This document shows positions 28,672 through 38,074 of a stretch of DNA of 64,000 nt, piece after piece. A program made the position numbers and the translations under genes. The DNA lies in contig CAVRET010000002.1 in NCBI GenBank assembly GCA_963720265.1, forward strand, positions 1,006,069 to 1,070,068, written 5' to 3'. The notes beneath the pieces are model-generated. The model had not been told where the DNA came from, searched no databases, and saw only the letters and a program-made list of their open reading frames with translations. Positions within the stretch are counted from its first letter, which is position 1, and each line of letters starts with the position of its first letter. The DNA is from an uncultured bacterium (GTDB lineage: Bacteria > Patescibacteriota > Saccharimonadia > UBA4664).

Positions 28672-29058
28672 TTACTCGAGGGCTGACAGCTGTGCTAGAA
28701 GTTCTGGTGGCAGTTGTGCTTCTGGGGGCGCCCAGTCGACGAAGCCTTTTCGGCTGCGAAAACTGTAGTAGCCGACCCAGCGTCCCAGAAGATGAACAGG
28801 TGAATCAGGTGCGAACGCCAGTTCCACGCCGAGGACCCAAGCGCTGTTCAGCGATGCGGGCCACCGCATGCCGTTCACCAGGAACTTTGCCCCTGACACA
28901 TGCCCGACGCCGTCATCTTCTGAGATGTTGCATCGAAGCGTCAGAGGTTGACCGGTGTCGGCGAATCCGTTTCGCCAACGGAAGGCCGCCCATAGAGCAT
29001 CGGACGGCTGGCCGCGGTATAGGTCGAGGTGAGTGATATCGGGAGCCAAAAGGCTCAC
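28672..29058 (-). CDS. hypothetical protein
   Basis: 128-aa ORF. A GGAAACCCG/CGGGTTTCC hairpin lies downstream. Confidence 0.3.
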   Translation of the reverse strand: MSLLAPDITHLDLYRGQPSDALWAAFRWRNGFADTGQPLTLRCNISEDDGVGHVSGAKFLVNGMRWPASLNSAWVLGVELAFAPDSPVHLLGRWVGYYSFRSRKGFVDWAPPEAQLPPELLAQLSALE

Positions 29059-29243
29059 CTCCTAGCAGGAACTACCCGGAAAGACGCCGAGCACGTCACT
29101 CCCTCCACGAGAAAGTAAGCGAAATAATAACATCCAGACTATGAAAAGTCCAGAATATAAATACTAAAAGTTCGACAGGCCTGGAAGGGTTAGAACCCAA
29201 ATTAACAGATTGGAAGCTATGGGAAGTGGATGAAATGCAAAGT

Positions 29244-29317
29244 AATTAATACATTCTGGAAATACTCCATCTGGAAAAATGTTCCAGAGATACTGGCTGG
29301 GGCGGCAGTTCTGGAAC
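29244..29317. promoter_or_regulatory. cluster of four TCTGGAA heptamers, including the inverted pair CTGGAA-N5-TTCCAG, about 60-130 nt upstream of the T4SS-like operon
   Basis: ttctggaaa (29244), tctggaaaaa (29260), ttccaga (29272, inverted), ttctggaac (29309). Seen directly in the sequence. Confidence 0.3.
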
Positions 29318-29374
29318 CCAGGTTTTTAGAATGCTGATGGTGGAGCAGTAATTTGTCCATGAAAGCCCTCGTGC

Positions 29375-29776
29375 TTGGTTTTTGCCTTGCTTGTGCTATT
29401 GTCTTGCCTATTAGCTTCGAGTGAGGACTATCTCGTGAAACGAATTCTCAGTCTGCCGTATCTGTCCGTGTTGGCCGCGTTTGCTGCGCCCTTGTTTACG
29501 GCGCACGGGGCGCTTGCGTCGGATGGTAATGTGACACAAGTCGAGACCTTTATCCGCAGTCTGATCAACGTGGTCACGGGGCTAGCCGCCTTAATTGCAG
29601 CCGGCTTCTTTGTGGTAGGAGGGCTTGGTTATATCACGAGTTCCGGCAACCCCGAGCATCTGGAGCGTTCAAAGCGGACGCTACAATATGCAGCCATAGG
29701 CCTTGCCATTACTCTCGGGGCATTTGTTCTTACCGGTATTGTCGCAGGCCTCGCTACAAGCGCGTTCGGAAGCTAG
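29375..29776 (+). CDS. VirB2/TrbC-like T4SS pilin (likely true start GTG at 29435, giving a signal peptide MKRILSLPYLSVLAAFAAPLFTAHGALA)
   Basis: Signal peptide plus two TM helices. Central motif GLGYITSSGNPEHLERSKRTLQYAAIGL resembles the TrbC/VirB2 family. First gene of the T4SS-like cluster. Confidence 0.6.
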   Translation: MVFALLVLLSCLLASSEDYLVKRILSLPYLSVLAAFAAPLFTAHGALASDGNVTQVETFIRSLINVVTGLAALIAAGFFVVGGLGYITSSGNPEHLERSKRTLQYAAIGLAITLGAFVLTGIVAGLATSAFGS

Positions 29777-29781
29777 CTTTT

Positions 29782-31182
29782 ATGGCCTTTTTCGCATCCG
29801 GCCCGGTGCTTGCAAGTATGGCCGGGGCGACACGGGTCATCGGCGCGTATGTAACACCGGTTATGACGGTGCTTGGTGGCTTTGCTGCGGTGGCGGCAGC
29901 GCTGCTTTTGGCTTACGGCGGCATCCGATATATGACGAGTTCCGGCAGCCCGGAGCGGCTTGATGAGGCGAAGCGCGTTATCCGTAATGCCTTAATTGGC
30001 CTCGGAGTTGTGATAGCGGCCGGGACGCTGGTTGCCGTTCTTGCGCACGCCTATGGCAGTCCCGCTGCGAGCGGCGGGGCGAAGCTGCCGGCTCTTGTTT
30101 CGGTGCAACCTGCACCAACTACGAACGGCCTGGTGAATGCCCTGATTGATGCAGTCACGGGGTTGTTTCGCGTTTTGATCGACCAGGCGGCACAGCCGTT
30201 TTTGTCAGCTCTGGCCTACTTCACGGATGGGACGCCGCTCATGGCTTCTAATGGAAGCGTGTTTTCGCTGTGGCTGGCTACGGTTGCCATCGCGGACGGC
30301 TTGTTTGTACTGGTTACGGCGTGCTTGGGATTTCATATCATGAGCTACGAAATGTTTGGGACGACTGAGCTTGAGTTTAAGCACATGCTGCCTCGGCTGG
30401 CCCTCGTATTCGCGGCGGTGAACACATCGATCTTTGCGATTGATGCGGTTATCGGGTTGTCCAACGTTATGATTTCGGCCGTCAGACAAGCTTTTCCAGG
30501 GGTGTCGGTGTGGCAGTCGCTTAGTACGGTTGTGAGCGCAAAAGGTGATGTGAGTCTGGCCGCCCTTTTGATTATGGTGGCGTTTTTGGTGCTTTCCGTC
30601 ATGCTCATGGTGTATTACGTCATGCGGCTCGTAGCACTGTTTATCGGGGCGGTCCTTGCGCCGATTGTTATTTTGCTGTGGCTTGTGCCGGGATTTAAAA
30701 GTTTTGCTGAAGCGGCCGCAAAGGTCTACGCCTCGACCATCTTTGTTTTGTTTGTACACGTCGTAATATTAGAGCTCGCGGCATCATTGTTAAGCGGTAT
30801 GGCGGCAAGTAGTCCAGATCATACCTTAAATCCCCTTATGTCGATGATCGTGGGCGTAGCAACGGTCCTGGCACTACTCAAAACTCAAGGTTTTATGAAC
30901 CAATTGTCGTATGTGAGTCTGGGCCCGCAAACGGCGGCGAAGCTGGGCGGTTTATTTATGAATGCGTTTAGCTACTATGCCGGCAAGTCGGCCGGTGCGA
31001 CTTCTAATCCGGCTTCAGAGCGCACCTCGCGGCGGGGCGTATGGCCGGATTTCGGATTTGAGCCGAGTCCGGCACCGACACTGGCACTGGTACCGGTGCC
31101 GCAGACTACCCGGCCGGGTACGGCACGCAGCGGGCGACCTAGTTCCGGGGGAAACGTACCAGAAGAAGGAGAAACAGCGTGA
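29782..31182 (+). CDS. VirB6/TrbL-like polytopic membrane protein with an N-terminal VirB2-like pilin domain
   Basis: 466 aa. The first ~100 aa repeat the pilin architecture (GGIRYMTSSGSPERLDEAKRVIRNALIGLG is similar to the upstream pilin motif). At least 6 further TM helices and a hydrophilic C-tail. Confidence 0.6.
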   Translation: MAFFASGPVLASMAGATRVIGAYVTPVMTVLGGFAAVAAALLLAYGGIRYMTSSGSPERLDEAKRVIRNALIGLGVVIAAGTLVAVLAHAYGSPAASGGAKLPALVSVQPAPTTNGLVNALIDAVTGLFRVLIDQAAQPFLSALAYFTDGTPLMASNGSVFSLWLATVAIADGLFVLVTACLGFHIMSYEMFGTTELEFKHMLPRLALVFAAVNTSIFAIDAVIGLSNVMISAVRQAFPGVSVWQSLSTVVSAKGDVSLAALLIMVAFLVLSVMLMVYYVMRLVALFIGAVLAPIVILLWLVPGFKSFAEAAAKVYASTIFVLFVHVVILELAASLLSGMAASSPDHTLNPLMSMIVGVATVLALLKTQGFMNQLSYVSLGPQTAAKLGGLFMNAFSYYAGKSAGATSNPASERTSRRGVWPDFGFEPSPAPTLALVPVPQTTRPGTARSGRPSSGGNVPEEGETA

Positions 31183-31658
31183 GATCGTCGATTGTTCCGG
31201 CCCAGATTACCACGGTTGAAGATAAGGTGGCGGGGGCTTTAAGCTTTTCGCAGCTGGGACTCCTTGGTGCTCCAGTATTTCTGGCCGGTGTCATGTATGC
31301 CTTGCTGCCACCATTTTTCGCCGCGTCACCATATAAGCTGGCCGGTTTTTTCGCTGCTGCCGTTATATGCGGTGTGCTTGCGATCCGGGTGCGCGGACAA
31401 CTTGTGCTTACGCAAGCCGTCCGATTTGGGCGGTATAGTCTCAGGCCGCGTTTTGTCTTGTATGACAAGAACGACCTGTATCTCAGGCCCGAGCCGGTAC
31501 CGGATGCGCGCCCAGAAGTTACCCAGTGGTTATCCGAAGCGGATGAAGAGCATGCGGCTGCTCAGCGTCAAGCGGTCGTGTTCTATGAGCGGCCGACTCG
31601 CGGCCGCACTGACCACATCAGTCAAGGAGGACGGCGTGTCCGCACTACCCAAAAATAA
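31179..31658 (+). CDS. VirB3/PrgI-like small membrane protein
   Basis: 159 aa with two TM helices. Immediately upstream of, and overlapping, the VirB4 N-fragment, as is typical for VirB3 ahead of VirB4. Confidence 0.4.
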   Translation: MRSSIVPAQITTVEDKVAGALSFSQLGLLGAPVFLAGVMYALLPPFFAASPYKLAGFFAAAVICGVLAIRVRGQLVLTQAVRFGRYSLRPRFVLYDKNDLYLRPEPVPDARPEVTQWLSEADEEHAAAQRQAVVFYERPTRGRTDHISQGGRRVRTTQK

Positions 31659-32244
31659 CCGCTCATCGAGGCGGCAGATCCGGATCCAGGATGTGCGCGA
31701 CGGGATCCTTATGCTGCCGGATAACAACTACCGGGTAATCCTTGCGGCTTCGTCGCTTAACTTTGAACTTAAAAGCGAAGACGAGCAGGACGCTATTATC
31801 GATGCGTTTAAGAGCTTCTTAAACTCGCTGCCGTGCCCGGTGCAGTTGCTCGTACGCACGCGCGAGCTTGATGTTGCCCGGTACCTGGACGGGTTTCGTG
31901 AACTTGAGGGCGCAGAGAGTGAAGGCGTCTACCGGGCGCAGATTGCCGGATACCGGGCGTTCGTACAAAGCCTGGTTTCAAACAACAAGATCCTTGCGCG
32001 GCGGTTTTACGTGGTAGTCGGCCGGACGGCCACCGACAAGGAATCGTTTGAAGCGGCTGGCGAGCAGCTTATAACCGACGCCGATATCGTAGCAAAGGGC
32101 TTAAGCCGGCTAGGCATTCAGACGCACCGCCTGACAAGCCTTGAGGTACTCAATTTGTTTTATAGCTTTTACAGTCCCGATGGCGCCAAGCGACAACCGC
32201 TGACGCCTCTTATCATGCAGACGCTTCGAGATGGGTACTTGTAA
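31636..32244 (+). CDS. VirB4-like ATPase, N-terminal fragment. Start inferred at GTG 31636 with AGGAGG 5 nt upstream; the track ORF 31264-32244 starts too early.
   Basis: RQIRIQDVRDGILMLPDNNYRVILAASSLNFELKSEDEQDAIIDAFKSFLNSL matches the VirB4/CagE N-domain. Ends at TAA 32242-32244, in the same frame as the downstream ATPase ORF. Confidence 0.55.
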   Translation: MSALPKNNRSSRRQIRIQDVRDGILMLPDNNYRVILAASSLNFELKSEDEQDAIIDAFKSFLNSLPCPVQLLVRTRELDVARYLDGFRELEGAESEGVYRAQIAGYRAFVQSLVSNNKILARRFYVVVGRTATDKESFEAAGEQLITDADIVAKGLSRLGIQTHRLTSLEVLNLFYSFYSPDGAKRQPLTPLIMQTLRDGYL

Positions 32245-32250
32245 GGGGAA

Positions 32251-33990
32251 ATGATGGAACGGTTTTACGAAAGATTTACGTTTAAAAAGAGACCTACTTC
32301 CACCGTAGGGCGCCGGCAGGCGCTCGCTAACGGCGAGCAGGACGTCATGGATATCATCTCCTATGCCGGGATGGAGGAGCGGGCTGGCTATCTTGTCATT
32401 GACGGGCGGTATGTGCGGACGCTGTTTATCTCCGGTTATCCTTATGTCGCGACATCGGGATGGCTTGGTAGTCTCGTCTCGTTTAACCACAACGCCGATA
32501 TCACGTATCACATGACGGCTGTTGCGGCAGCGCAGGCGTTGCCCAAGCTGCACCGCAAAATTACGGAAATGGAATCAACCAGACGGGCCATGATTCGGGC
32601 CGGTAAGATCGTGGGGGCGGAACTAACGGACCCGCTCGAGTCGGCCATGGAACTTAGGGACAAGATTATGCGCGGGCAGGAGAAGTTGTTTCAGGTGTCG
32701 ATTTATGTGGCGCTGTCCGAGGCCAGTTTGTCCGAGCTTGATAGGGTGACGAGACTGCTTGAAACAGAGCTCGGGGCGCGGCTGTTTTACACGAAGGTGG
32801 CGAGGTATCAGCAGGCTGAAGGGCTGCAGTCGGTGCTGCCTAGAAGCGAAAACGTGCTGGCCCAGCGCAGGAATTTGGATAGCTCAACGGCGGCTTTGAC
32901 ATTTCCGCTCGTGTCATCTGAGCTCGTACAGGAATCAGGCATTTTATACGGGGTCAACAAGTCCAACAACTCGCTTGTCATTCTTGATAGGTTTAGTTTG
33001 CACAATGCCAACAGTATTGTATTTGCACAGTCCGGCAGCGGTAAGAGCTACGCCACTAAGGTGGAGATTTTACGGCAGCTTATGCAAGGCGTGCGGGTGA
33101 TCGTGATTGACCCGGAACGGGAATATAAGCTGCTCGCCGATTCGGTCGAAGGATCATATATCAAGCTGTCGGCCAGATCCAGCGCCAAGATTAACCCGTT
33201 TGATCTTGCAACAACTGTCACTTTGGCTGATCATGTGACGGAACACATTCAGGAACTGACTGCAGTCATCTCGCTGATGGCGGACGGTCTTAACGCGCGG
33301 GAGAAAGCCGCGGTGGATAAGGCCTTGGTGCGGGTGTATAAAGCCTGCGGCAAGCTGACTCCCCTGTTGGGTGATTTGTATGACGAGTTTAAGCGGCAGG
33401 GGCAAGAGGCGTTATGCGAGCGGCTCGACAAATACCTTACAGGGTCTTTGGCCGGTATCTTTAATGAGCAAACTAACATCAGCCTCGATAACCGGCTGGT
33501 GGTATTTGATATCAAGGACCTGCCGGAATCAATACGCCAGATCATGATGATGATCGTGGCAAATTTCGTGCAAAACGAGGTTAAAGCCAGACCTGCGAAG
33601 CGGATGCTTGTGATTGATGAGGGCTGGTTGCTTTTGGAACATGAAGAGAGTGCTCGGTTTGTGACGGGTCTTGTCAGGCGCGCCAGGAAGTATTACCTCG
33701 GCGTTTCGATTATTTCGCAGCAGGCCAGCGACTTTTTGCGCAGTGACTGGGGCCGCGCGATTGCTTCTCAAAGTGCGCTTAGGATTTTAATGCGGCAGGA
33801 TACGACAACGATTCGGCAAGTGGCTCACGAGTTTAACTTAAGCGAGTGGGAGCAGAGTTTTCTTTTAACCTGCGAGCGCGGGGATGCGCTTATGATCGCC
33901 GACCAGAACCATGTAGCGGTGAGGGTCGTTGCGTCGGATAAAGAACATCCGCTTATTACGACGAATCCGGCCGAGGTATACCGGCATTGA
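32251..33990 (+). CDS. virB4: VirB4/TrbE-like T4SS ATPase, C-terminal (NTPase) portion
   Basis: 579 aa. Walker A AQSGSGKS. Walker B-like hhhhDE (RMLVIDEGW). AAGGGGAA SD 5 nt before the ATG. Confidence 0.85.
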   Translation: MMERFYERFTFKKRPTSTVGRRQALANGEQDVMDIISYAGMEERAGYLVIDGRYVRTLFISGYPYVATSGWLGSLVSFNHNADITYHMTAVAAAQALPKLHRKITEMESTRRAMIRAGKIVGAELTDPLESAMELRDKIMRGQEKLFQVSIYVALSEASLSELDRVTRLLETELGARLFYTKVARYQQAEGLQSVLPRSENVLAQRRNLDSSTAALTFPLVSSELVQESGILYGVNKSNNSLVILDRFSLHNANSIVFAQSGSGKSYATKVEILRQLMQGVRVIVIDPEREYKLLADSVEGSYIKLSARSSAKINPFDLATTVTLADHVTEHIQELTAVISLMADGLNAREKAAVDKALVRVYKACGKLTPLLGDLYDEFKRQGQEALCERLDKYLTGSLAGIFNEQTNISLDNRLVVFDIKDLPESIRQIMMMIVANFVQNEVKARPAKRMLVIDEGWLLLEHEESARFVTGLVRRARKYYLGVSIISQQASDFLRSDWGRAIASQSALRILMRQDTTTIRQVAHEFNLSEWEQSFLLTCERGDALMIADQNHVAVRVVASDKEHPLITTNPAEVYRH

Positions 33991-34480
33991 CGCCCAAGTC
34001 ATCATTGCCGCGGTCTCATTTAAACGCGAGATCCGGGTTGTTCTCATAACGCTTGGCGTACTGATGGCACTTCCTATTATTGTGCTTTCAGCCGCGACCA
34101 ATATTGTGGCGCTGGCAAGCCCAGGTGTTAGTTTGTATACGGGACCGGTATCCACGACCGACACCTATGCGTTCGGCAACTGCACATACTGGGTGGCATT
34201 GAGGCGCGAGCAGACCGGGCATCCGATTCCAAATACCTGGGGTAATGCCAACACCTGGGCGATTCGGGCTCAAGCAGACGGATACACGGTAGATCATACG
34301 CCTTCTATGGGTGCGATTATGCAAACCACGGCTGGACAGTTCGGGCACGTGGCCTTTGTTGAAAGCGTGGGTGCAGACGGCAGCTGGACGATTTCAGAAA
34401 TGAATTATGACGGGTGGGACGAGGTGGACAGCCGGACGCTTACAGCAGTCGCAGCTTCCCAGTTTTCTTTTATCCACTAA
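33929..34480 (+). CDS. CHAP-domain peptidoglycan hydrolase (T4SS-associated cell-wall hydrolase); N-terminal TM; start uncertain
   Basis: FGNCTYWVALRR (catalytic Cys) ... GHVAFVESV (His) ... EMNYDGWD. Overlaps the end of virB4. Confidence 0.8.
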   Translation: MRRIKNIRLLRRIRPRYTGIDAQVIIAAVSFKREIRVVLITLGVLMALPIIVLSAATNIVALASPGVSLYTGPVSTTDTYAFGNCTYWVALRREQTGHPIPNTWGNANTWAIRAQADGYTVDHTPSMGAIMQTTAGQFGHVAFVESVGADGSWTISEMNYDGWDEVDSRTLTAVAASQFSFIH

Positions 34481-34674
34481 GGTGCGAAGCGTTTTTGGCG
34501 TGTACGCGTGCGAGTCGGGAGATGGAGTTTGTACTGATCAATAGCCAACTTTAAGTTGACTCAATTTGGCTAACAGGTTGTAATCGGCTATTTGTGCACG
34601 TAAACTGATTTGGTGCAGCTTACAAGGGGCTGCATGCGCTAGCCACACTCAGGCATAACGAACGGAAGACAGGT

Positions 34675-35439
34675 ATGCGCGACCGCGATAGTCATCTGAT
34701 GTCTATTTGCACGCCGATATATGATCCCGATCCGCAGTTTCTTAGGGAAAGCCTCGCATCGATCCAGACACAAGAGCTCCCTGACCTGTGGGCCCTCGAG
34801 TGGCTCCTCGAGGAAGACAGCCCAACCGGACAGCTTAGTCCCTTCCTGCCCACGCTTCCCTGGGTCTTGCCGGAGCTTGGGACGATGCGGAGCATCGCGG
34901 AGGCTCGCAGTAAGGCGCTGCGCCGGTCGCGAGGGATTCTCGCCAAGCACTTCGACTACGACAATGTACTCGGGCCGGGGGCTCTCCGACGGGACATATT
35001 GGCGTTTGAGAAGTACCCCCAGATCGGATGGACAGCGTCATATGCCCTTGATCTCACACCCGATGGCTTGGAAGAGCCGCATATTCCGCCACCCACCGGT
35101 CTGATCCCGCCGGGATTCATCCTCGAATACTGGCTCGAGCATGGCTACCGGTTCCCGATCCACCCGACGACGGCCTGCTACCGGTACGAAGCACTTGCGC
35201 TGCGCGGAGGATGGCCCGCCATTGGACCATCTGATGATACCGGCGCGTTCCTCGCGATTACGACCCTGTTTCCTGGTTATATACACAAGGAAGTGGGACT
35301 ACACTACCGCCGGTGGTCTGGTCAAATCACCCAGTCACCCGCATACACCCGGCCCGGGGAGCTCGAAGAACGTTACGAGTTCCTGGCAGACATGGGTCGC
35401 GCGATGCTTGCGCTTCAGAGCGGCAACCGGCCATGGTAG
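34675..35439 (+). CDS. hypothetical protein whose N-terminus is GT2-like (SICTPIYDPDPQFLRESLASIQTQ) but that lacks downstream GT2 motifs; possibly degenerate
   Basis: 254-aa ORF. Confidence 0.35.
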   Translation: MRDRDSHLMSICTPIYDPDPQFLRESLASIQTQELPDLWALEWLLEEDSPTGQLSPFLPTLPWVLPELGTMRSIAEARSKALRRSRGILAKHFDYDNVLGPGALRRDILAFEKYPQIGWTASYALDLTPDGLEEPHIPPPTGLIPPGFILEYWLEHGYRFPIHPTTACYRYEALALRGGWPAIGPSDDTGAFLAITTLFPGYIHKEVGLHYRRWSGQITQSPAYTRPGELEERYEFLADMGRAMLALQSGNRPW

Positions 35440-35757
35440 CTTAGGGAGACGATACATCGGCCGTAGCTGACACACGAACGGCGCATTCCTGGGCCGCGCC
35501 TGCCGCGCTGACTATGCATCGACTAGCTAGACGGCAGGACGCCCCAAGTCCAGTCCCCGGTCCGGCGCCTTTATGCGGCCGGACCGGGATCGTCCCAAGT
35601 GTTTAAGGGCGAGCTTGAACATTTAGGAAGAGCGGGAGCTGTATCATTTGAACAATTCTCAAGTGTTTAAGCCTAAAAACGCCCATAAAAGCAAGGTGCC
35701 CCGCCGCATAACGCGCGGCGGGGCTGACCTTGATACTTCTAGTTGTGGGCCCAGGGG

Positions 35758-36141
35758 TTAGAGGTGGCCCGTGAGCCGAACGACCTCGTAGATCGTCCAG
35801 GCGTAGGAAGCGGCGAGCACCAGTCCGACCAGGCTCAGCAGCACGTTGCCCGTGAGGGACTTGCGCGGCCTTGTCAGGTTCGAGACGATGTTGGCCGCCA
35901 GGGTACCGATCATCACCAGGCCCGCGAGGGCGCCGATGACCACGTGCACGAGGATGGTCTGTACCGGGCTGGTCGAGTACGGGCCGCTCGAGGACCAGGC
36001 GTAGACCTTGAGCACCGTGCCGATCATGAGGATGCCGAAGGCAATCACGGCCGACAGCGCCGACTGCCTGAGCTCCGCGCCCGAGGGGCGGTTGGACTGG
36101 GCGTGGCGTCCGCGGCGTGCGGTGGGCTGGGTGGCGTTCAT
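35758..36141 (-). CDS. small 4-TM membrane protein in a GC-rich patch
   Basis: 127 aa with four hydrophobic helices. The overlapping ORFs 35603-36178(-) and 35743-36171(+) are Arg/Pro/Gly-rich and probably artefacts. Confidence 0.35.
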   Translation of the reverse strand: MNATQPTARRGRHAQSNRPSGAELRQSALSAVIAFGILMIGTVLKVYAWSSSGPYSTSPVQTILVHVVIGALAGLVMIGTLAANIVSNLTRPRKSLTGNVLLSLVGLVLAASYAWTIYEVVRLTGHL

Positions 36142-36483
36142 GGAGGGCCTTCCTGTGGGAGCCAGAACTAGATATCAAGGTTACATATACTATTATAACG
36201 CTTGTGCTTCATTTTGTCAAGGCTTGCGCCCTGAACAACCCTCACTTTCAGGCTAATACATAGAATTTCCCGAGGGCAACTTCTACCAATGTTACCTGAA
36301 GGCTCTTTTCTGCGACTAGTTCCCGGGTCAATGACGTGTACAAATTGGAAGATCGCGAAACAGGGTAGGGCGTAAGGATTACGGGGATATTTATAAAATA
36401 ACAATGGCGGAGGTGGCGGCTGCAGGGCCGAACCGATGTAGTAATGGGTCCGGCCCTGCATGGATTGGAATGGCCGGAGGCGC

Positions 36484-37050
36484 TTAGGCGACCGGGCGCT
36501 CGAAGTACTTGTAGCCCCCACGTTGGATGGTGTAGATCGGGCCTCCTTTGGCTTCAACCCCAAGTAGGTCCCGTAGCGTCGCCAGGCCCGTCCTGATGCC
36601 ATCATTAGGGTTGGGGTGACCAGGCCAGAGGATGCAGGCGATTTCCTCTTTGGTTAGGACGCGGCCGGCGTTGCCGGCCAGAAGCGCCAGGAGCTTGAAC
36701 TGGATGGGCGGGAGGTGTACTGGCTGCCCGTCGAATACGCAGGCGTGTCCTGGGATGTCGAGCGTGAGCCGGTTGGTTTCAATGAGACCCGGGATCTCGG
36801 TCAGGTCGAGCGGGACGACCCCAAATACCTTCAGCAGGCGCCGGCGTATGAGTTCGTCAACGCTTGTTTGCTGTGCGGCTGCTTGCTGAACCAGTGGCGC
36901 TCCGTGCCTCCTTAGAAGTTGAATGAACATGGCTTGGAGTGTCAGCTCGCGGCTCGTTATGTCTTGGGGCTCGGCGGTAAGGGCTGTGGATGCCATACCG
37001 TGTTGTATCCCTTCTAGGGTTGGAACATGGATAAAACGTCCGTTACACAC
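36484..37050 (-). CDS. OmpR/PhoB-type winged-helix DNA-binding protein with no receiver domain
   Basis: C-terminal LTKEEIACILWPGHP...GIRTGLATLRDLL...YTIQRGGYKYF (trans_reg_C-like). Confidence 0.5.
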   Translation of the reverse strand: MCNGRFIHVPTLEGIQHGMASTALTAEPQDITSRELTLQAMFIQLLRRHGAPLVQQAAAQQTSVDELIRRRLLKVFGVVPLDLTEIPGLIETNRLTLDIPGHACVFDGQPVHLPPIQFKLLALLAGNAGRVLTKEEIACILWPGHPNPNDGIRTGLATLRDLLGVEAKGGPIYTIQRGGYKYFERPVA

Positions 37051-37141
37051 TATATCAGAGTTTTTGTAAAGTTTCTATTCGGATGAGTGACCAAGGTAAT
37101 TATACCTTGACATCAAGTAATATCTGGATTAGTATTAAAGT

Positions 37142-37975
37142 ATGACTATTCGAGATTTTGAACGCGAGTTCCCCGACGACAATGCTTGCTTAGAGTATAT
37201 GTTCAAATTGAAGTTTGCGGATAAGCCTTGCCCGAAGTGTGGTAAGGTTAACGGCTTCTATCGCGTTCGTGCTCGCAAATGCTATGCCTGCTCAGTTTGC
37301 GGCAAGCAAGTTTCCCCAACTGCTGGAACTATCTTTCACAAGTCCGAGACACCGCTTCGGACATGGTTTTACTGCATCTTGCTCATGACCAACGCTAAGA
37401 ACGGTGTAGCGGCCCTGGAGCTGCAACGGCACTTCGGAATGACATATAAGTGCGCGTGGAGAATTGCCCGCCAAATCCGCAAGGTAATGACCGACGAGGG
37501 CGGCGTGTTATCCGGAATTGTCGAGGCTGATGAAACCTACATCGGCGGCAAGCACAAGTTTGACGAGCGTTTTAACTCTAAGACTCCGGTGCTCGGCTTG
37601 GTCGAGCGCGGCGGTTCCGTGAAAGCTAACGCCGTAAACACGGCCAGCGTCAGTAACGCTCGCAATTTCATTAACGCCAACGTAGCGGCCGAAGCCGAGC
37701 TTCATACCGATACCTCACGAATTTACGACCATGTCTCGCGGCTCAGACTGCATCAATCAGTTAACCACGCTGCCCGCGAGTATGCGCGTGGCAATGTCAC
37801 CACAAATACTATTGAGGGTTTTTGGGGTCAGTTGAAGCGCTCTCTGTCGGGGACGTACCATCATGTGAGTCCACAGCATCTACAGCATTACGTTGATGAG
37901 TTCGCGTTTCGCTACTCTCATCGTCACGATGTCCGTCCTCTGTTTTACGCTGTGGTTGATCGGACGCTAGAATAG
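37142..37975 (+). mobile_element. IS1595-family (ISXO2-like) transposase gene
   Basis: 277 aa. N-terminal zinc ribbon CPKCG...CYACSVCGKQ and an ISXO2-like DDE region. A fragment of a related copy lies at 22061-22246. Confidence 0.8.
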
Positions 37976-38074
37976 CGCGGTCAAGCGTCGTCCGAAAGCG
38001 GCGTTCGTCGATTGGCGCGTCTTTATCGTCATTCATTGCAAGGCTCCTTGATTCTACAGTGATAATACCAGGCA

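Noticed and set aside
31264-31635. 5' extension of the VirB4 N-fragment ORF
   Set aside because: It overlaps the VirB3-like gene in another frame with a Cys/His-rich translation. GTG 31636 with AGGAGG is the credible start.
35603-36178. Overlapping ORFs 35603-36178(-) and 35743-36171(+)
   Set aside because: Arg/Pro/Gly-rich low-complexity translations. The 4-TM ORF 35758-36141(-) is the more plausible coding frame.
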